A stretch of 64,000 bases of DNA from a bacterium (GTDB lineage Bacteria > SAR324 > NAC60-12). The notes beneath the pieces were generated by a model, which worked only from the letters and a program-made list of their open reading frames with translations, was not told where the DNA came from and searched no databases. Position 1 is the stretch's first letter; each line of letters begins with the position of its first letter. Positions 50,284-61,626 of the stretch are shown here, in pieces. Location: contig OZ242383.1 of NCBI GenBank assembly GCA_965209155.1, positions 1,024,001 through 1,088,000 of the forward strand, given 5' to 3'. A program made the position numbers and the translations under genes.

Positions 50284-53200
50284 TCCAGTTGCCCTTCCAG
50301 TTCAATAAGATTCAATTCCAATGCTTCGATGGTTTGCGGATTGGCCTCTTGCCAGAGTCCCCGTTCATGGGCTTCGAGCAGCCTTTTGACGGAATCTTGC
50401 AGGGCTGCGGGATTGTGACGTTTGAAAAAATCCTGCTGTTTCTCATCTAAAAAAAGGTTGTGGGCGAGTTCCTCGTATTGATAGTCTGCCACAATATCAC
50501 AGGTGGCGTCATAACCAAAAATATAATCGGCCGTCGCCGCCATTTCAAACGCTCCTTTGTAACCATGTTTTTTCATGGCTTCGATCCAGCGCGGATTGAG
50601 CACCCGGCTGCGAAAAACACGATTGAATTCCTCGGAAAGCGTTCGCACTTTGACCCGGTCCGGTTGGCTGGAATCACCATGGTAGGTGACCGGCGCTTTG
50701 CCACGAATGGAATGCACTGCTGCTCGCAAGCCTCCCTGGAATTGGAAATAATCGTCGGAATCCAAAATATCATGTTCCCTGTTGTCTTGATTCTGATGAA
50801 CGACCTCGACCGCTCCCAACCGGTTCTCAAAAAATTCAGGCTGCTCGCTGCTGCTGCCATCCGTATCATAAGCATATCCTCCCCACTTCAAAAAGACCTT
50901 TGTTAAATCCTCACGGGTATTCCAGTTTCCGCAGTCAATCAGTGGTAACAGTCCGGTTCCATAAGATCCGGGACCGGAACTGAAAACGCGCAGACGGGCT
51001 ATTCGTTCGCAATCCTCTACGGTAATTCCTTGTTCCTTCAATTGTTTTTTATCTTCTAACCAAGCTGCTCGAATGGGATTGAGATCTTCCGATTCATCGA
51101 GTGCGGCCAGGCGTTTGGGAATACTGGCAAGCAGTCTCATGGTCTCCCCGAAAGCATCCCGGAACAAACCGGAGACCCGTAAAAGCACATCAACGCGAGG
51201 CCGTCCCAACAAGTGGGCGGGATGGATCTGAAAATCGATAACCCTGCCGGATAGGCGTTCCCAGACTGGTTCACATCCCCACAACCACAGAGCTTGAGCA
51301 ATATCATCCCCCCCGGTACGCATGTTGGAAGTGCCCCAAATCACCATGGCGATGCTGCGTGGACAGGCTCCATATTCTTGTTGGTGACGTTCCAGCAAAC
51401 GCTCCGCCATTTGTTTTCCGCAAAGCCAGGAGGTGGGAGTGGGAATCACCCGGGGATCGATGGAATAGAAATTGCGACCGGTAGGCAAAACGTCGATACG
51501 TCCCCGAGTAGGCGCCCCGGAAGGCCCGGGAGCAATGAACCGACCCTCCAATCCCAGGATCAATTGTTCCATTTCATCCTGACACTGCATCAGGCGGGGA
51601 TGGAGGTGGTTATAAAGCAGTTGACGGAGAATCTTCAGATCTTCACTTTCTTTTTCAGGGAAAGTACGTTTTGCCAGCGCGTCTTCGATCCAATTACGGG
51701 CTTTTCGATCAAGGGCGTCGCGTTCGCCGATTGAAAGCCGCTCCATATCAAAGTCGTGTTCCCTGCCCAACAAACTGTGCAGGAGACCGGGATAATGAGC
51801 CGACGACATGCGTAGCAAACTGAGCAGGAAGTCGATTTTCTGTTCTCCTTCAGGATTTTGTCCGAAAATATGCAATCCGGTGCGAATCTGGCTTTCTTTG
51901 ATTTCACATAAATAATTACCGAGGGCGCTGAGCCAATCCCCTTCCTGCTTCAACTCCTCCCGCCACGAAGCATTTTCCAGGAGATGTTCAATCTCATGTT
52001 CCAACGCGTGCGCCCTTTCGGGATGGAGTGTTTCACAATGCGCGTGTTCCTCTAAAAGACGTTCCACCCGTTGTAAATCGTCGTAAAGACCAGCCCGCGC
52101 GAGTGGCGGAGTGAGATGATCGACGATGACGGCTGAAGATCTTCGCTTGGCTTGAGTACCCTCTCCGGGATTGTTCACGATAAACGGATAGAGATGCGGT
52201 ACCGTTCCCAGACAGATTCTCGGGAAATCATCAGCACCCAGGACCACGCTTCGTCCCGGAAGCCATTCCAGGTTGCCATGTTTGCCAAAATGGACGATGG
52301 CATGAGCCTGAAACGTTTCACGCAACCATAAGTAAAAACTGATATATTCGGGTGGGGGAGGCAAGTCGGGACTGTGGTATATCGCCTGTGTTTGCATACC
52401 AAAACACGAGGAGGCTGGATCCCGACAAATACGTTGCCAAATTGCTTACCAGGAACAGGAATCATCTCGGGCAACTCATGGGACCAGTGTGCAAGCAGTT
52501 CTTCTCGACGATGGGAGGATAATGTAGCGATGAAATTTTCCAATCGTTCTTTGGGAAAGCCCTGTTCACAGGGGTTGCCAAAGCTCAATTCCTCATCATG
52601 GGTCTGCTGGGATTGCAGTAAATGCATCAATGCGTCACCATCTTCCGGAACTTCCTGCAGGCGATAACCCCTTTTTGCCAGGTGCTTCATGAAGAGGACG
52701 ACACTGGCCGGCGTGTCCAATCCCACCCCATTGCCGATTCGGCTGTTTTTACTCGGGTAGTTTGCCAGTATAATGGCGATTTTTTTTGGGGCATTCGTCT
52801 CCGTTCGTAGCATAGCCCATTTTTTAGCAAGGCTCACGACGTCACGGACTTGCTGAAGATCCGGTTGCAATTTTTTGATGGTGTACTCCAGCTCGGGGAT
52901 CCCCTTCCACTCTTCTTTGAAACCCGCCACTGAAGTGAGAATGCGGCCATCAATTTCCGGCAGCGCCACATTCATGGCTACATCAGAAGGAGAAAATCCT
53001 CTTGGATTTTGCAACCATGCGTCTCGATTTTGGGAAGAAACCGGAACTTGTAAAACCGGACAACCCAAGGACTCTAAAAAGGAAATCCGGTTCCCGTCAT
53101 TGATGCAAATAGAAAAACTTTGCAGGGTCAGGATCACATGAGGCGCTCCTGATTGCGACGCATCGAGCAGGGATTGTTGCGCATCGTGGTCACGCAGACT

Positions 53201-53980
53201 GTATGCGTAAAAAGCGCGGACCTGGAATCCCGCCTCGGCGAGGGCATCCCACAAGCAGTCAATGACAGCCATATCACCGGTTTGATACCATGCCCGGTAA
53301 AAACAGACCCAGGCGACAGGGCGGTCTTCATTCAATCCTTGATCCTCTTGCGCTTTCCCTGGTGAAGCCTCCTCCCGGGAGGGAGGAACGGGAAATGAAA
53401 GAGACGGGTTCACGGAAAGTGTTCGCACCGAGTCGCTTTTTTGATACCAGCCGAATTTTGGCATTTTGACAAGAGGAGGAAAATTTATTAAATTCTTCTC
53501 CAGTAGCAATCGCAAACATTCGCCTGCATAGCAGAAATTCTCCAGACCCCCTTCCTTGAAATAATCAAAAAAATGCCGAACCAGCGATTCTTCAAAATTA
53601 CCATATTGGGAAAGCTCCGCATCCCAATGATCGGTTCCTGAGAATACCAGGATGCGTGGAGCGGTTTGCAGGGTTTTCAGGTGGAGAATGCCCTCCATCA
53701 AGTGCGGAAAATAAGATTTTCCTCCCAACAAGCGTAAGACGATTATTTTGGCCTGACTCAATAGTCGCTTGCAATAGTCCTCCGCTACCACCGGTTTTTG
53801 CAAAGGAAGCGCATGAGTGATGCGCAAACGTTTCCCGAAGAGAGGTCCCCAGGTTTGAGCCACGCATGCCAAATCGGTATCTGCCGCGCTGACGAAGAAA
53901 ATTTCTCCGGGAGTTTGCTCAATGCGCTCGTGTCGGAATTCCGCGCTCAATAGTCCATTCTGGGTGGCAATGCGATGCAT
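50280..53980 (-). CDS. cobN: Cobaltochelatase CobN (1-nt frameshift near 52405, likely sequencing error)
   Basis: SAADTDL, GVGLDTPAS, QPPR[G]FG joined to YHSPDLPPP, GKHGNLEWLPG, LPTGRNFY, HGYKGA. Confidence 0.93.
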
Positions 53981-54225
53981 GGGGGTTGCTCAAAACAATT
54001 AAGATGAATAAACTGACAAGAGTGGGTTTTTACCAGACCGGTCAAAAGATTCTGTAAACAGGTCCCTGCTCGAGCGATTAAAAGATACTGCGAAGAAACG
54101 TTAGAAAAAAAAGCTTCAATGTACAAGCAAAATTCCGGAGTGGTGAGGATTCTTCAGGAAACCTCGATCAACAGGTTCCGTGTGGTCCGAGCCTCCGGGT
54201 TGCTCGCATTCCAAGGTCTATATAA

Positions 54226-55230
54226 ATGATTCATCAATCCTTTTTTACGGTGATCGGCTGGCATTCTTCTTTCCTCTTGATGCTCCTGGCCTTGCTGATC
54301 GACCATTTGTTGGGTGATCCTGTGTACCGTTTCCATCCTGTTCGTATGATTGGTACCCTTTTGCTCGTTCTTGAAAGGCGCTTGAGACGCATTGGACTGG
54401 ATGGACGAGGAGGCGGGGTGATATTGGTTCTATTGCTCAGTGTCGTTGTCATGGGAACTTTCGAAGTCTTTTTTCTCATCCTGCAAACAGGGCACTGGCT
54501 TTTGGGATGGATATGGGAGTTATTTGTCGTCTATAGCATGGTCGCCCTCAAAGATTTAAAAGCGCACGGACAACGAGTAATGTTCGCGGCGAAAAAAGAG
54601 GATCTTGCGCAGGTGCGTCTTCAAACGGGGAAAATGGTAGGCAGAGATACGGATCGCCTGGATATGGCTGCCTGCAAACGGGCGGTTATCGAGAGTTTCA
54701 GTGAAAATTTGTCCGATGGCGTGATCGCGCCTCTACTTTATTTGCTGCTATTCGGCGTGCCCGGCATGCTCCTTTATAAAGTCATCAACACCTTGGATTC
54801 CATGGTCGGGTACCGTCATGGAAAGTACCAACAGTTTGGCTGGTTTGCCGCAAGGCTCGATGACCTGGTCAATTGGCTCCCGGCACGTCTGAGCTGGCTC
54901 TTGATTAGTGGGAGCGCCTTCTTTTTTCCAGGTTGCTCTGCCAAAAAGGCGTTCCAAATCGGCTGGTCCCAACACAATCTCCTGCCCAGCCCAAATGCAG
55001 GCTGGCCTCAAGCGGCAGCAGCAGGGGCGCTGCGATTGAAATTGGTTGGTCCCATTTGGAGAAAGGGGCAATTGGCTCACAACCATTGGATCGGCGTCCC
55101 TCAGGACCGGGAAGGCGCCACCGTTGAAGATATTGAGCGAATATCCAAAATTATCAATGGCAGTACGATTCTCTTTGGGATCGGATTTTTTCTCCTGCTG
55201 ATTTTGCTGCAAGTCAGGGTTACTCGATGA
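54226..55230 (+). CDS. cbiB: Adenosylcobinamide-phosphate synthase CbiB/CobD
   Basis: GDP...HPV, VGRDT, ENLSDG, NTLDSMVGY, SPNAGWP. Confidence 0.93.
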   Translation: MIHQSFFTVIGWHSSFLLMLLALLIDHLLGDPVYRFHPVRMIGTLLLVLERRLRRIGLDGRGGGVILVLLLSVVVMGTFEVFFLILQTGHWLLGWIWELFVVYSMVALKDLKAHGQRVMFAAKKEDLAQVRLQTGKMVGRDTDRLDMAACKRAVIESFSENLSDGVIAPLLYLLLFGVPGMLLYKVINTLDSMVGYRHGKYQQFGWFAARLDDLVNWLPARLSWLLISGSAFFFPGCSAKKAFQIGWSQHNLLPSPNAGWPQAAAAGALRLKLVGPIWRKGQLAHNHWIGVPQDREGATVEDIERISKIINGSTILFGIGFFLLLILLQVRVTR

Positions 55231-55338
55231 TTAAACACCCATTCTCTTTACATGTCCATGTTCGGGTGTTATCGTCTTCGATAATTTTCTTTATTTAATC
55301 TGACGGTCTGGCGGTCCCCTTTCCTGGATACGGTCACA

Positions 55339-57522
55339 GTGAGGTCCTTATTTCGAGACTTTGCATCAGAATTTCGCGCAGATATTCAGTCCGCGAAGAC
55401 CGTTCCCGCATTGTCGGCCGGTTTCACTTCCGGCCTGGGTTTGCTCGTTGCCCAGGTTGCCTTCGGGAGCTTCATATTCTCGGGTCCTTTGGCTCCTTAT
55501 TCCTCTTATGGTATCGGACTGGTGCTGTTCGGGAACTTTGCGGCCTGCCTGTTTATCGCCCTGGCGTGTGGCTATCGTGGTGCGATTTCCGGGTTGTCTC
55601 CCGCGTTGGTGATCGTCATGGCCATGATCGGATCCTCGATGGACGTCGAAGGCGAGCCGCTTTTCGTCACCACGGCTGTCACGCTCATCATCAGCGCGGT
55701 CGCTACCGGCATGTGCTGTCTCTTGATCGGACATTACCGGCTTGCTAATTTGGTGCGTTTCATTCCTTATCCGGTTGCGGGTGGATTTGTGGCCGGAATC
55801 GGGGGCGCCGTGTGTCTGGCAGCCATGTCGTTGATGGGAGCGGAACTCGATTGGCAAACGATTCCCGCCCTTGTGGAACCTCCCCTTTTGTGGAAGTGGA
55901 GCCCGGGTGCTGTCTATGGAATCGCTTTGTACCTCGCCATGAAGCGCTGGAGCAACGTGCTTATCCTTCCGCTGAGCGTCGTAGTTGCCGGAACTGCGTA
56001 CCATCTCGCACTCTCCGGCCTTGGCATTTCGGGTGACGCGGCACGAGCGGAAGGTCTGTTGCTCACCAGCACTGCGGACGGTAGCCTGTGGCCGGCGTTG
56101 AGTCCTGTCGACCTGGTACAGGTGGAATGGGCAGCGATTGCCACTCAGGTACCCCATATACTGACCCTGGTCCTGGTTGCTTTCATCTGCGTGATCATGA
56201 ATTTCGCCGGTCTGGAGATTGCGACCAATCAGGAGTTGGACTGGGACCGGGAATTCCGGGTCACGGGGACCGCGAGCGTGATTGCCGGACTCGGCGGCGG
56301 TACGGTAGCGACTATTGTCGTGCCGGCATCCCTGCGCAGCAAGCTGTTCGGTGCCACAACGAAATTGACCGGGGTAGTCGCCGCCCTGGTTATCGGTAGC
56401 GCTTTGTTGTTGGGTGACGAGATGCTGGAACTGGTCCCCTCCCCGCTCGTAGGAGGGATATTGTTTTTCGCCGGCCTCGGCATGTTGGACGAAGGTCTCG
56501 TTAAAAGCCGAAAGTGGCTCCCCTGGTCGGAATACGGCATCATTCTGCTGATATTCATTGCAATCACTTCCATCGGACTGATTGAGGGGGTGGGCATCGG
56601 GATGATCGCCACCCTCATCTTTTTCACTGTGCGTCTCAGTCGCGTGGACCTGATCGAATCACGGTTCACCGCACGTGATTACGAGAGCAATAAGGCCCGT
56701 TCCGTACCCGACCGCGCCATCCTGCTGGAGCGAGGAGAACGGGTACAGGCATATCGACTGCGCGGTTATGTTTTTTTCGGCAGCGTAAGTCCCCTAGCCG
56801 ATCATCTCAGGCAGTCCCTGAGCAGCGCTTCACGTCCGGCTTGCCTGATACTGGACTTCAGTGCCGTCTCCGGATTCGACTTCTCGGCGGTGTATGTTTT
56901 ATCCAGGTTCCTGCAAACGGCGAATGCGGCTGGAGTGCGAGTGGTTTTGAGCGGGTTGTCCGAAGTGTTGAGGGCCGGGATCGAGCGCAGTCTTCCGCCT
57001 TCCGTATATACTGTATTGCTGTTGGAACAAAATGCGGACCGTGCTCTCGAGCGCTGCGAGGACATCGTCATTGAAGCCTGGAATGCGGAGACGGAGAAGA
57101 CGGACGAGAGGCGAGCCGCCCTGCTGGATCATACTGTCGAAGATCTCGAGCGCTACCTGGAGGATCAAATTCATTTCGAAGACCTTATAGAGGACCTCCG
57201 GTATTGGCTGAAACCTCGCCAGTACTCCGTGGGAGAGACCCTCGCAAAAAAAGGGACGCGCCAGGATGGTTTGCAACTGCTGCTTTCGGGCCGCGCCTCC
57301 GGTTACGACTCCACAGGCAAACGCCTCTACCAGTGCGCGCCGGGTGATGCTATATGGTCAAGTGGTTCACCAGGTGATAAAACGAACTCCGTACTTGCGG
57401 ACGAACCCTGCCAGACGATGGTTCTGACGCAGGGCGACCGGGTTTGGCTGGAAGAGCACGAAGAGCGACTGGCTCTCGAGCTGTATCGTTACCTCTTCAG
57501 CAAGCGTCTTCATGAAAAATAA
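55339..57522 (+). CDS. SulP family anion transporter with STAS and cyclic-nucleotide-binding domains
   Basis: VRFIPYPVAGGF, LRGYVFFGS, LDFSAVSGFD, C-terminal cNMP-like domain. Confidence 0.88.
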   Translation: MRSLFRDFASEFRADIQSAKTVPALSAGFTSGLGLLVAQVAFGSFIFSGPLAPYSSYGIGLVLFGNFAACLFIALACGYRGAISGLSPALVIVMAMIGSSMDVEGEPLFVTTAVTLIISAVATGMCCLLIGHYRLANLVRFIPYPVAGGFVAGIGGAVCLAAMSLMGAELDWQTIPALVEPPLLWKWSPGAVYGIALYLAMKRWSNVLILPLSVVVAGTAYHLALSGLGISGDAARAEGLLLTSTADGSLWPALSPVDLVQVEWAAIATQVPHILTLVLVAFICVIMNFAGLEIATNQELDWDREFRVTGTASVIAGLGGGTVATIVVPASLRSKLFGATTKLTGVVAALVIGSALLLGDEMLELVPSPLVGGILFFAGLGMLDEGLVKSRKWLPWSEYGIILLIFIAITSIGLIEGVGIGMIATLIFFTVRLSRVDLIESRFTARDYESNKARSVPDRAILLERGERVQAYRLRGYVFFGSVSPLADHLRQSLSSASRPACLILDFSAVSGFDFSAVYVLSRFLQTANAAGVRVVLSGLSEVLRAGIERSLPPSVYTVLLLEQNADRALERCEDIVIEAWNAETEKTDERRAALLDHTVEDLERYLEDQIHFEDLIEDLRYWLKPRQYSVGETLAKKGTRQDGLQLLLSGRASGYDSTGKRLYQCAPGDAIWSSGSPGDKTNSVLADEPCQTMVLTQGDRVWLEEHEERLALELYRYLFSKRLHEK

Positions 57523-57540
57523 AATAATGGAGGCTCCCGG

Positions 57541-58944
57541 TCAGAGTTCTTTCACTGCTTGAATCATATTCTGCAGCACGTCTTTGGCATCTCCAAAAAC
57601 CATCAATGAATTGTCATTGATGAACAGTTGATTGGGAATGCCAGCAAATCCCGGGCTCAAACTCCGCTTGACGATGAAAACGGTTCTTGCCTGGTCCACT
57701 TCCAAAATCGGCATTCCGTAAATAGGGCTGTTCGCTTCATCGCGGGCTGCCGGGTTGACGACGTCGTTTGCGCCAAGAATGATGACCACGTCGGTGTGAG
57801 CAAAATCGGGATTGATTCGATCCATTTCCAACATCAGATCATAGGGCACTTCGGCTTCCGCAAGCAGGACGTTCATGTGTCCGGGCATGCGTCCGGCCAC
57901 CGGATGGATGGCATACGTGACTTTGATTTGGCGTTCCCGGAGCAGGTCTCCCAGTTCCCTGGTGGCATGTTGCGCCTGGGCTACCGCCAATCCGTATCCT
58001 GGTACGAAAATCACGCTTTGAGCCGATTCGAGCATCATCGCCACTTCTTCAGGATCCGCTTGCTTGACCTTTCCCTCATAAAACTCTTTACCGGGAATTG
58101 CCGCTTTTTCGCCTTCACTGACGATTGCGCCGCCAAACAAGACGTTGACCAGGGAGCGGTTCATCGCCTTGCACATGATGTTGGTTAAAATCAACCCGGA
58201 AGCTCCCACCAGGGAACCCCCGATGATCAATCCATTGTTGTTCAGTACGAATCCGGTTGCCGCGGCTGCCAGACCGGAATAGGAATTCAATAAAGAGATG
58301 ACCACCGGCATGTCCGCCCCGCCAATAGGCATCACCAGCAAAACACCCAGGATCAATGAGCCCAGGATTACTGCCAAAAAGAGCCATTCCATTTCAAAGG
58401 GATTGGTCAAAACGACGATTGCGCAGACTACCAGTAAAATGGCCAATCCCTTGATGAAGATCTTGGGAATGGCAACTGCCTGTTCATTGACGATTCCCTG
58501 GAGTTTTCCAAATGCGATGAGACTTCCGGTCAGGGTCACTGAGCCGATCAAGGTACTCAAAATGAGGGCCACGTCCCATTGCAATCCATAGGCATGACCC
58601 CCGCCCCGGACGATTTGAACCGCTTCCAGGTATGCGGATGAGGCCACCAGGAGAGAAGCGCCTCCGCCAAAACCGTTAAAAATCGCCACCATCTGCGGCA
58701 TGGCGGTCATTTCGACGACGCGAGCCAGGTAAGCGCCTATTGCGGAACCTATGAGGATGGCGATGAAAATCCAAAGATAACTGATCACCCCCCGGTCCAG
58801 CAAGGTGACGATCACGGCAATCAACATCCCGATCGCCCCCAGCATGTTCCCTCGAGGGGCGGTGCGTGGGGAGCTGAGATTTTTCAATCCGAGGATAAAT
58901 AAAACTGCGGCGAGCAGGTAGGATAAATGGATAAGCTGTGTCAT
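57541..58944 (-). CDS. pntB: NAD(P) transhydrogenase beta subunit
   Basis: IGGADMPVVISLLNSYSG, GYGLAVAQAQH, HPVAGRMPGHMNV. Confidence 0.97.
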   Translation of the reverse strand: MTQLIHLSYLLAAVLFILGLKNLSSPRTAPRGNMLGAIGMLIAVIVTLLDRGVISYLWIFIAILIGSAIGAYLARVVEMTAMPQMVAIFNGFGGGASLLVASSAYLEAVQIVRGGGHAYGLQWDVALILSTLIGSVTLTGSLIAFGKLQGIVNEQAVAIPKIFIKGLAILLVVCAIVVLTNPFEMEWLFLAVILGSLILGVLLVMPIGGADMPVVISLLNSYSGLAAAATGFVLNNNGLIIGGSLVGASGLILTNIMCKAMNRSLVNVLFGGAIVSEGEKAAIPGKEFYEGKVKQADPEEVAMMLESAQSVIFVPGYGLAVAQAQHATRELGDLLRERQIKVTYAIHPVAGRMPGHMNVLLAEAEVPYDLMLEMDRINPDFAHTDVVIILGANDVVNPAARDEANSPIYGMPILEVDQARTVFIVKRSLSPGFAGIPNQLFINDNSLMVFGDAKDVLQNMIQAVKEL

Positions 58945-58995
58945 GGAGTCCTTCTGTCCCACGTTTTTCGTTTGACCGATCGAGTGGGTACCCTC

Positions 58996-59280
58996 TTATT
59001 TCTTCTTGAACATACGCAGCATCCTGTCTGTCACCATGAAGCCGCCGACTATGTTGATCATTGCCAGAATAATTGCAATCACGCCTAAAATCGTGGAGAG
59101 CCCCGTTGAATTTTCACCACCACCGGCACTCAGGATAGCTCCGATAACCGTGATTCCGGAAATGGCGTTGGACCCACTCATCAAAGGAGTGTGCAGGGTA
59201 GGAGGGACCTTGGTGATGATTTCATAACCTACGAAAATTGATAAAATAAAAATGGTGAACGAGATAATAAAAATTTCCAC
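58996..59280 (-). CDS. pntAB: NAD(P) transhydrogenase alpha subunit, part 2 (membrane)
   Basis: LHTPLMSGSNAISG, NIVGGF.VT.RML.MF. Confidence 0.95.
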   Translation of the reverse strand: MEIFIISFTIFILSIFVGYEIITKVPPTLHTPLMSGSNAISGITVIGAILSAGGGENSTGLSTILGVIAIILAMINIVGGFMVTDRMLRMFKKK

Positions 59281-59281
59281 C

Positions 59282-60448
59282 TTACTCTCCTTTTGATTCG
59301 GCAGTGATTACCGAAAGAATGCCATCATGGACGATATTTCCTCGATGCGTGACCATGGTCCCCGCAACCAGTTCATCTTCCCGGTTGATCTCGAACGCCC
59401 CGTCTTTGATCATACTGAGCAGGAAAGAGCTGATATTTTTTGAGTACAATTGAGAAGCATGCCTGGAAATGCGGGCTGCGTGATCAACATATCCCATAAT
59501 CGTCACGCCATGTTTGACGATTTTGTTGTCTTTCACCGTCCCCTCGACGTTTCCGCCTCGTTCTGCTGCCAGGTCCACAATGACGGAACCCGGTTGCATT
59601 TGCCGGATCATCTCATCCGTAACCAGCAAAGGGGACTGCTTTCCCGGAATCGCCGCGGTGGTGATCACGATATCAGCGGCTTTGATGTGTTTGGTCATTT
59701 GCGCCTGTTGCCTTTGATAGAAATCTTCAGACTGCGCTTTCGCATAACCTCCCGCATCTTCCGCATCCCCGGCCTGTATATCCAACTCTACGAATTTTGC
59801 GCCCACGCTCTCCACTTGATCCCTGACAACCGGGCGCGTGTCGTATGCTTCGACCATCGCCCCCAGCTTCCTGGCGGTCGCAATGGCCATCAAGCCAGCC
59901 ACACCTGCGCCAATGACAAAAACTTTCGCCGGGGGAATCGTACCTGCAGCCGTCATCAGCATCGGAAAATATTTGGGAAGCTCGGCAGCGGCTATCACCA
60001 CAGAGCGATAACCGGCAATGGCAGCCATCGAGCTCAAGGCGTCCATACTCTGAGCACGGGTCACTCTCGGCATGAATTCCATGGCAAAACTGGAAATTTT
60101 GCGCTTAGCCAGTTTTTGTACAACAGGCAGGTTGAAATAGGCGTCCATTAAACAAATCAAAGCTTTTCCCTCTCCCAGCAGGTCGACTTCATGCTTTTTC
60201 AGTCGGCTGTTTTCAGCGAGAGGACGGACCTTCAATACTAAATCCGCTTTCTCAAAAAGCGCGACGGTGTCTTTTTCAATCACCGCCCCTGCCTCCACGT
60301 ACTCTTCGTCCGAATGAAAGGCATTCTGACCAGCCTCTTGCTCGATCATCACTTCCAATCCTGCCTTTTTTAAAAGGGAAACCGTAGCTGGAATGATGGC
60401 AACCCGGTTTTCCCCCGCAATGATTTCTTTCGGAATGGCAACAATCAT
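59282..60448 (-). CDS. pntAA: NAD(P) transhydrogenase alpha subunit, part 1 (dI)
   Basis: RAQSMDALSS, GAGVAGL, GGYAK, DLAAERGGN. Confidence 0.95.
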   Translation of the reverse strand: MIVAIPKEIIAGENRVAIIPATVSLLKKAGLEVMIEQEAGQNAFHSDEEYVEAGAVIEKDTVALFEKADLVLKVRPLAENSRLKKHEVDLLGEGKALICLMDAYFNLPVVQKLAKRKISSFAMEFMPRVTRAQSMDALSSMAAIAGYRSVVIAAAELPKYFPMLMTAAGTIPPAKVFVIGAGVAGLMAIATARKLGAMVEAYDTRPVVRDQVESVGAKFVELDIQAGDAEDAGGYAKAQSEDFYQRQQAQMTKHIKAADIVITTAAIPGKQSPLLVTDEMIRQMQPGSVIVDLAAERGGNVEGTVKDNKIVKHGVTIMGYVDHAARISRHASQLYSKNISSFLLSMIKDGAFEINREDELVAGTMVTHRGNIVHDGILSVITAESKGE

Positions 60449-60881
60449 AAATTCACTTCTCGCATTAATTGAATGCCGCGCGGCTGCGCAGCCGGAAGTG
60501 AACAGCATAAAGATCAAATTTTAAAAATGCAAACATTTTTTATTCCGTCCTCTTCTTTCGTCTTTCGTTTGTACGTCAACAGTCGCAAGTTCCGGTAAGT
60601 TTCTGAACTTATTATATCTATCCTGAACACTGCATCATTTCTGAGAAAGCAGGAATCCAGAGTATTTTCTAGGGCTTAAGCAAAATGTATCCGGGACCGG
60701 GATGACTCAAGAACTTACGATTAAAACTCCTCTTGCGGATAATCACGAGTCACACTGAATCAATCAGTGACCATGGCTATTAATTTATGCCAGACAATTT
60801 ATTCCCGGTATGTTTTGATCATCAAAAACTTCTCATCTAATCAAGCAATAACTCCCCTCAAAAAAACCAATACCGCAATCA

Positions 60882-60989
60882 CCTTTGTGCCTTGGTGCCT
60901 TGGCTCCAGTTATCGGTTGTCAGTTATCGGTTATCAGTTCCTTCACGAGTCTCCTTTGTGCCTTTGTGCCTTTGTGCCTTTGTGCCTTT
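60882..60989. repeat. Short tandem repeats (8-mer CCTTTGTG; 7-mer CAGTTAT/CGGTTAT)
   Basis: cctttgtg x4+ at 60953-60989, variant copies at 60882-60903, 7-mer run at 60907-60939. Confidence 0.85.
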
Positions 60990-61276
60990 CTACATTGAAT
61001 CCCAAATGGAGTTCTTATTGCAAAACTTGTCTATGTAACATCAGTCAATAATTTCAATCCGATTATGATTCGGGCTTGACATCAACCGGTTTTTGTATAA
61101 ATTGTTGAAATTCCTCAGCCCGTCGGGTAACGATCGACTGCGCGCGAGGGTAGAAGATTACCAGGGAGTGGGGTCTGTTTTCCATCGGTCTGGGAACAGA
61201 TTTTAATTGTTTCAATCCAGAATCGACGTTCATGCGTACTTTCATGCGCACGTGAACGTAAAGAAGAAAGGACAGT

Positions 61277-61486
61277 ATGAAGAAAGTTAAATCAACCATT
61301 ATCGTTATAGTTATTTCAATTTTTGTTTTTACGATTTCGGCCTGTACCACGTCGCATAAAGGCCCCTGGTATACGAATCCTGCATTGTTATGGAGTCTTG
61401 CGGGGATTGCTTCCATCACGGCGGTACACCAATACAATGAGACGGAAAAGGCCAAAAAGAAAATCAAGAAACTCCAAGCGGAATAA
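61277..61486 (+). CDS. Small putative lipoprotein
   Basis: Basic N-terminus, hydrophobic stretch and lipobox ISA-C; RBS AAGGA. Confidence 0.6.
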   Translation: MKKVKSTIIVIVISIFVFTISACTTSHKGPWYTNPALLWSLAGIASITAVHQYNETEKAKKKIKKLQAE

Positions 61487-61626
61487 TTCGCGTCCTCTTC
61501 TTTCGTTGAGGAAGGTCATCTGGCCCTCGAGGAGCAATCTCAATTTTTCCCCTCGTGTGGCAGGCTTATTTATAACGGATTGATCCATTCAGCTATTCAT
61601 TCTCTTCCGGGTATTAGGAGTATGCC

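Noticed and set aside
50280..52397. Genuinely two-gene CobN, or pseudogenes for rpoA/rplQ
   Set aside because: All three share a single-base-loss signature, including in essential genes, which points to sequencing error.
53985..54225. Cobalamin riboswitch between cobN and cbiB
   Set aside because: A CCGGAG/CTCCGG stem exists, but no B12-box or other conserved motif was recognised.
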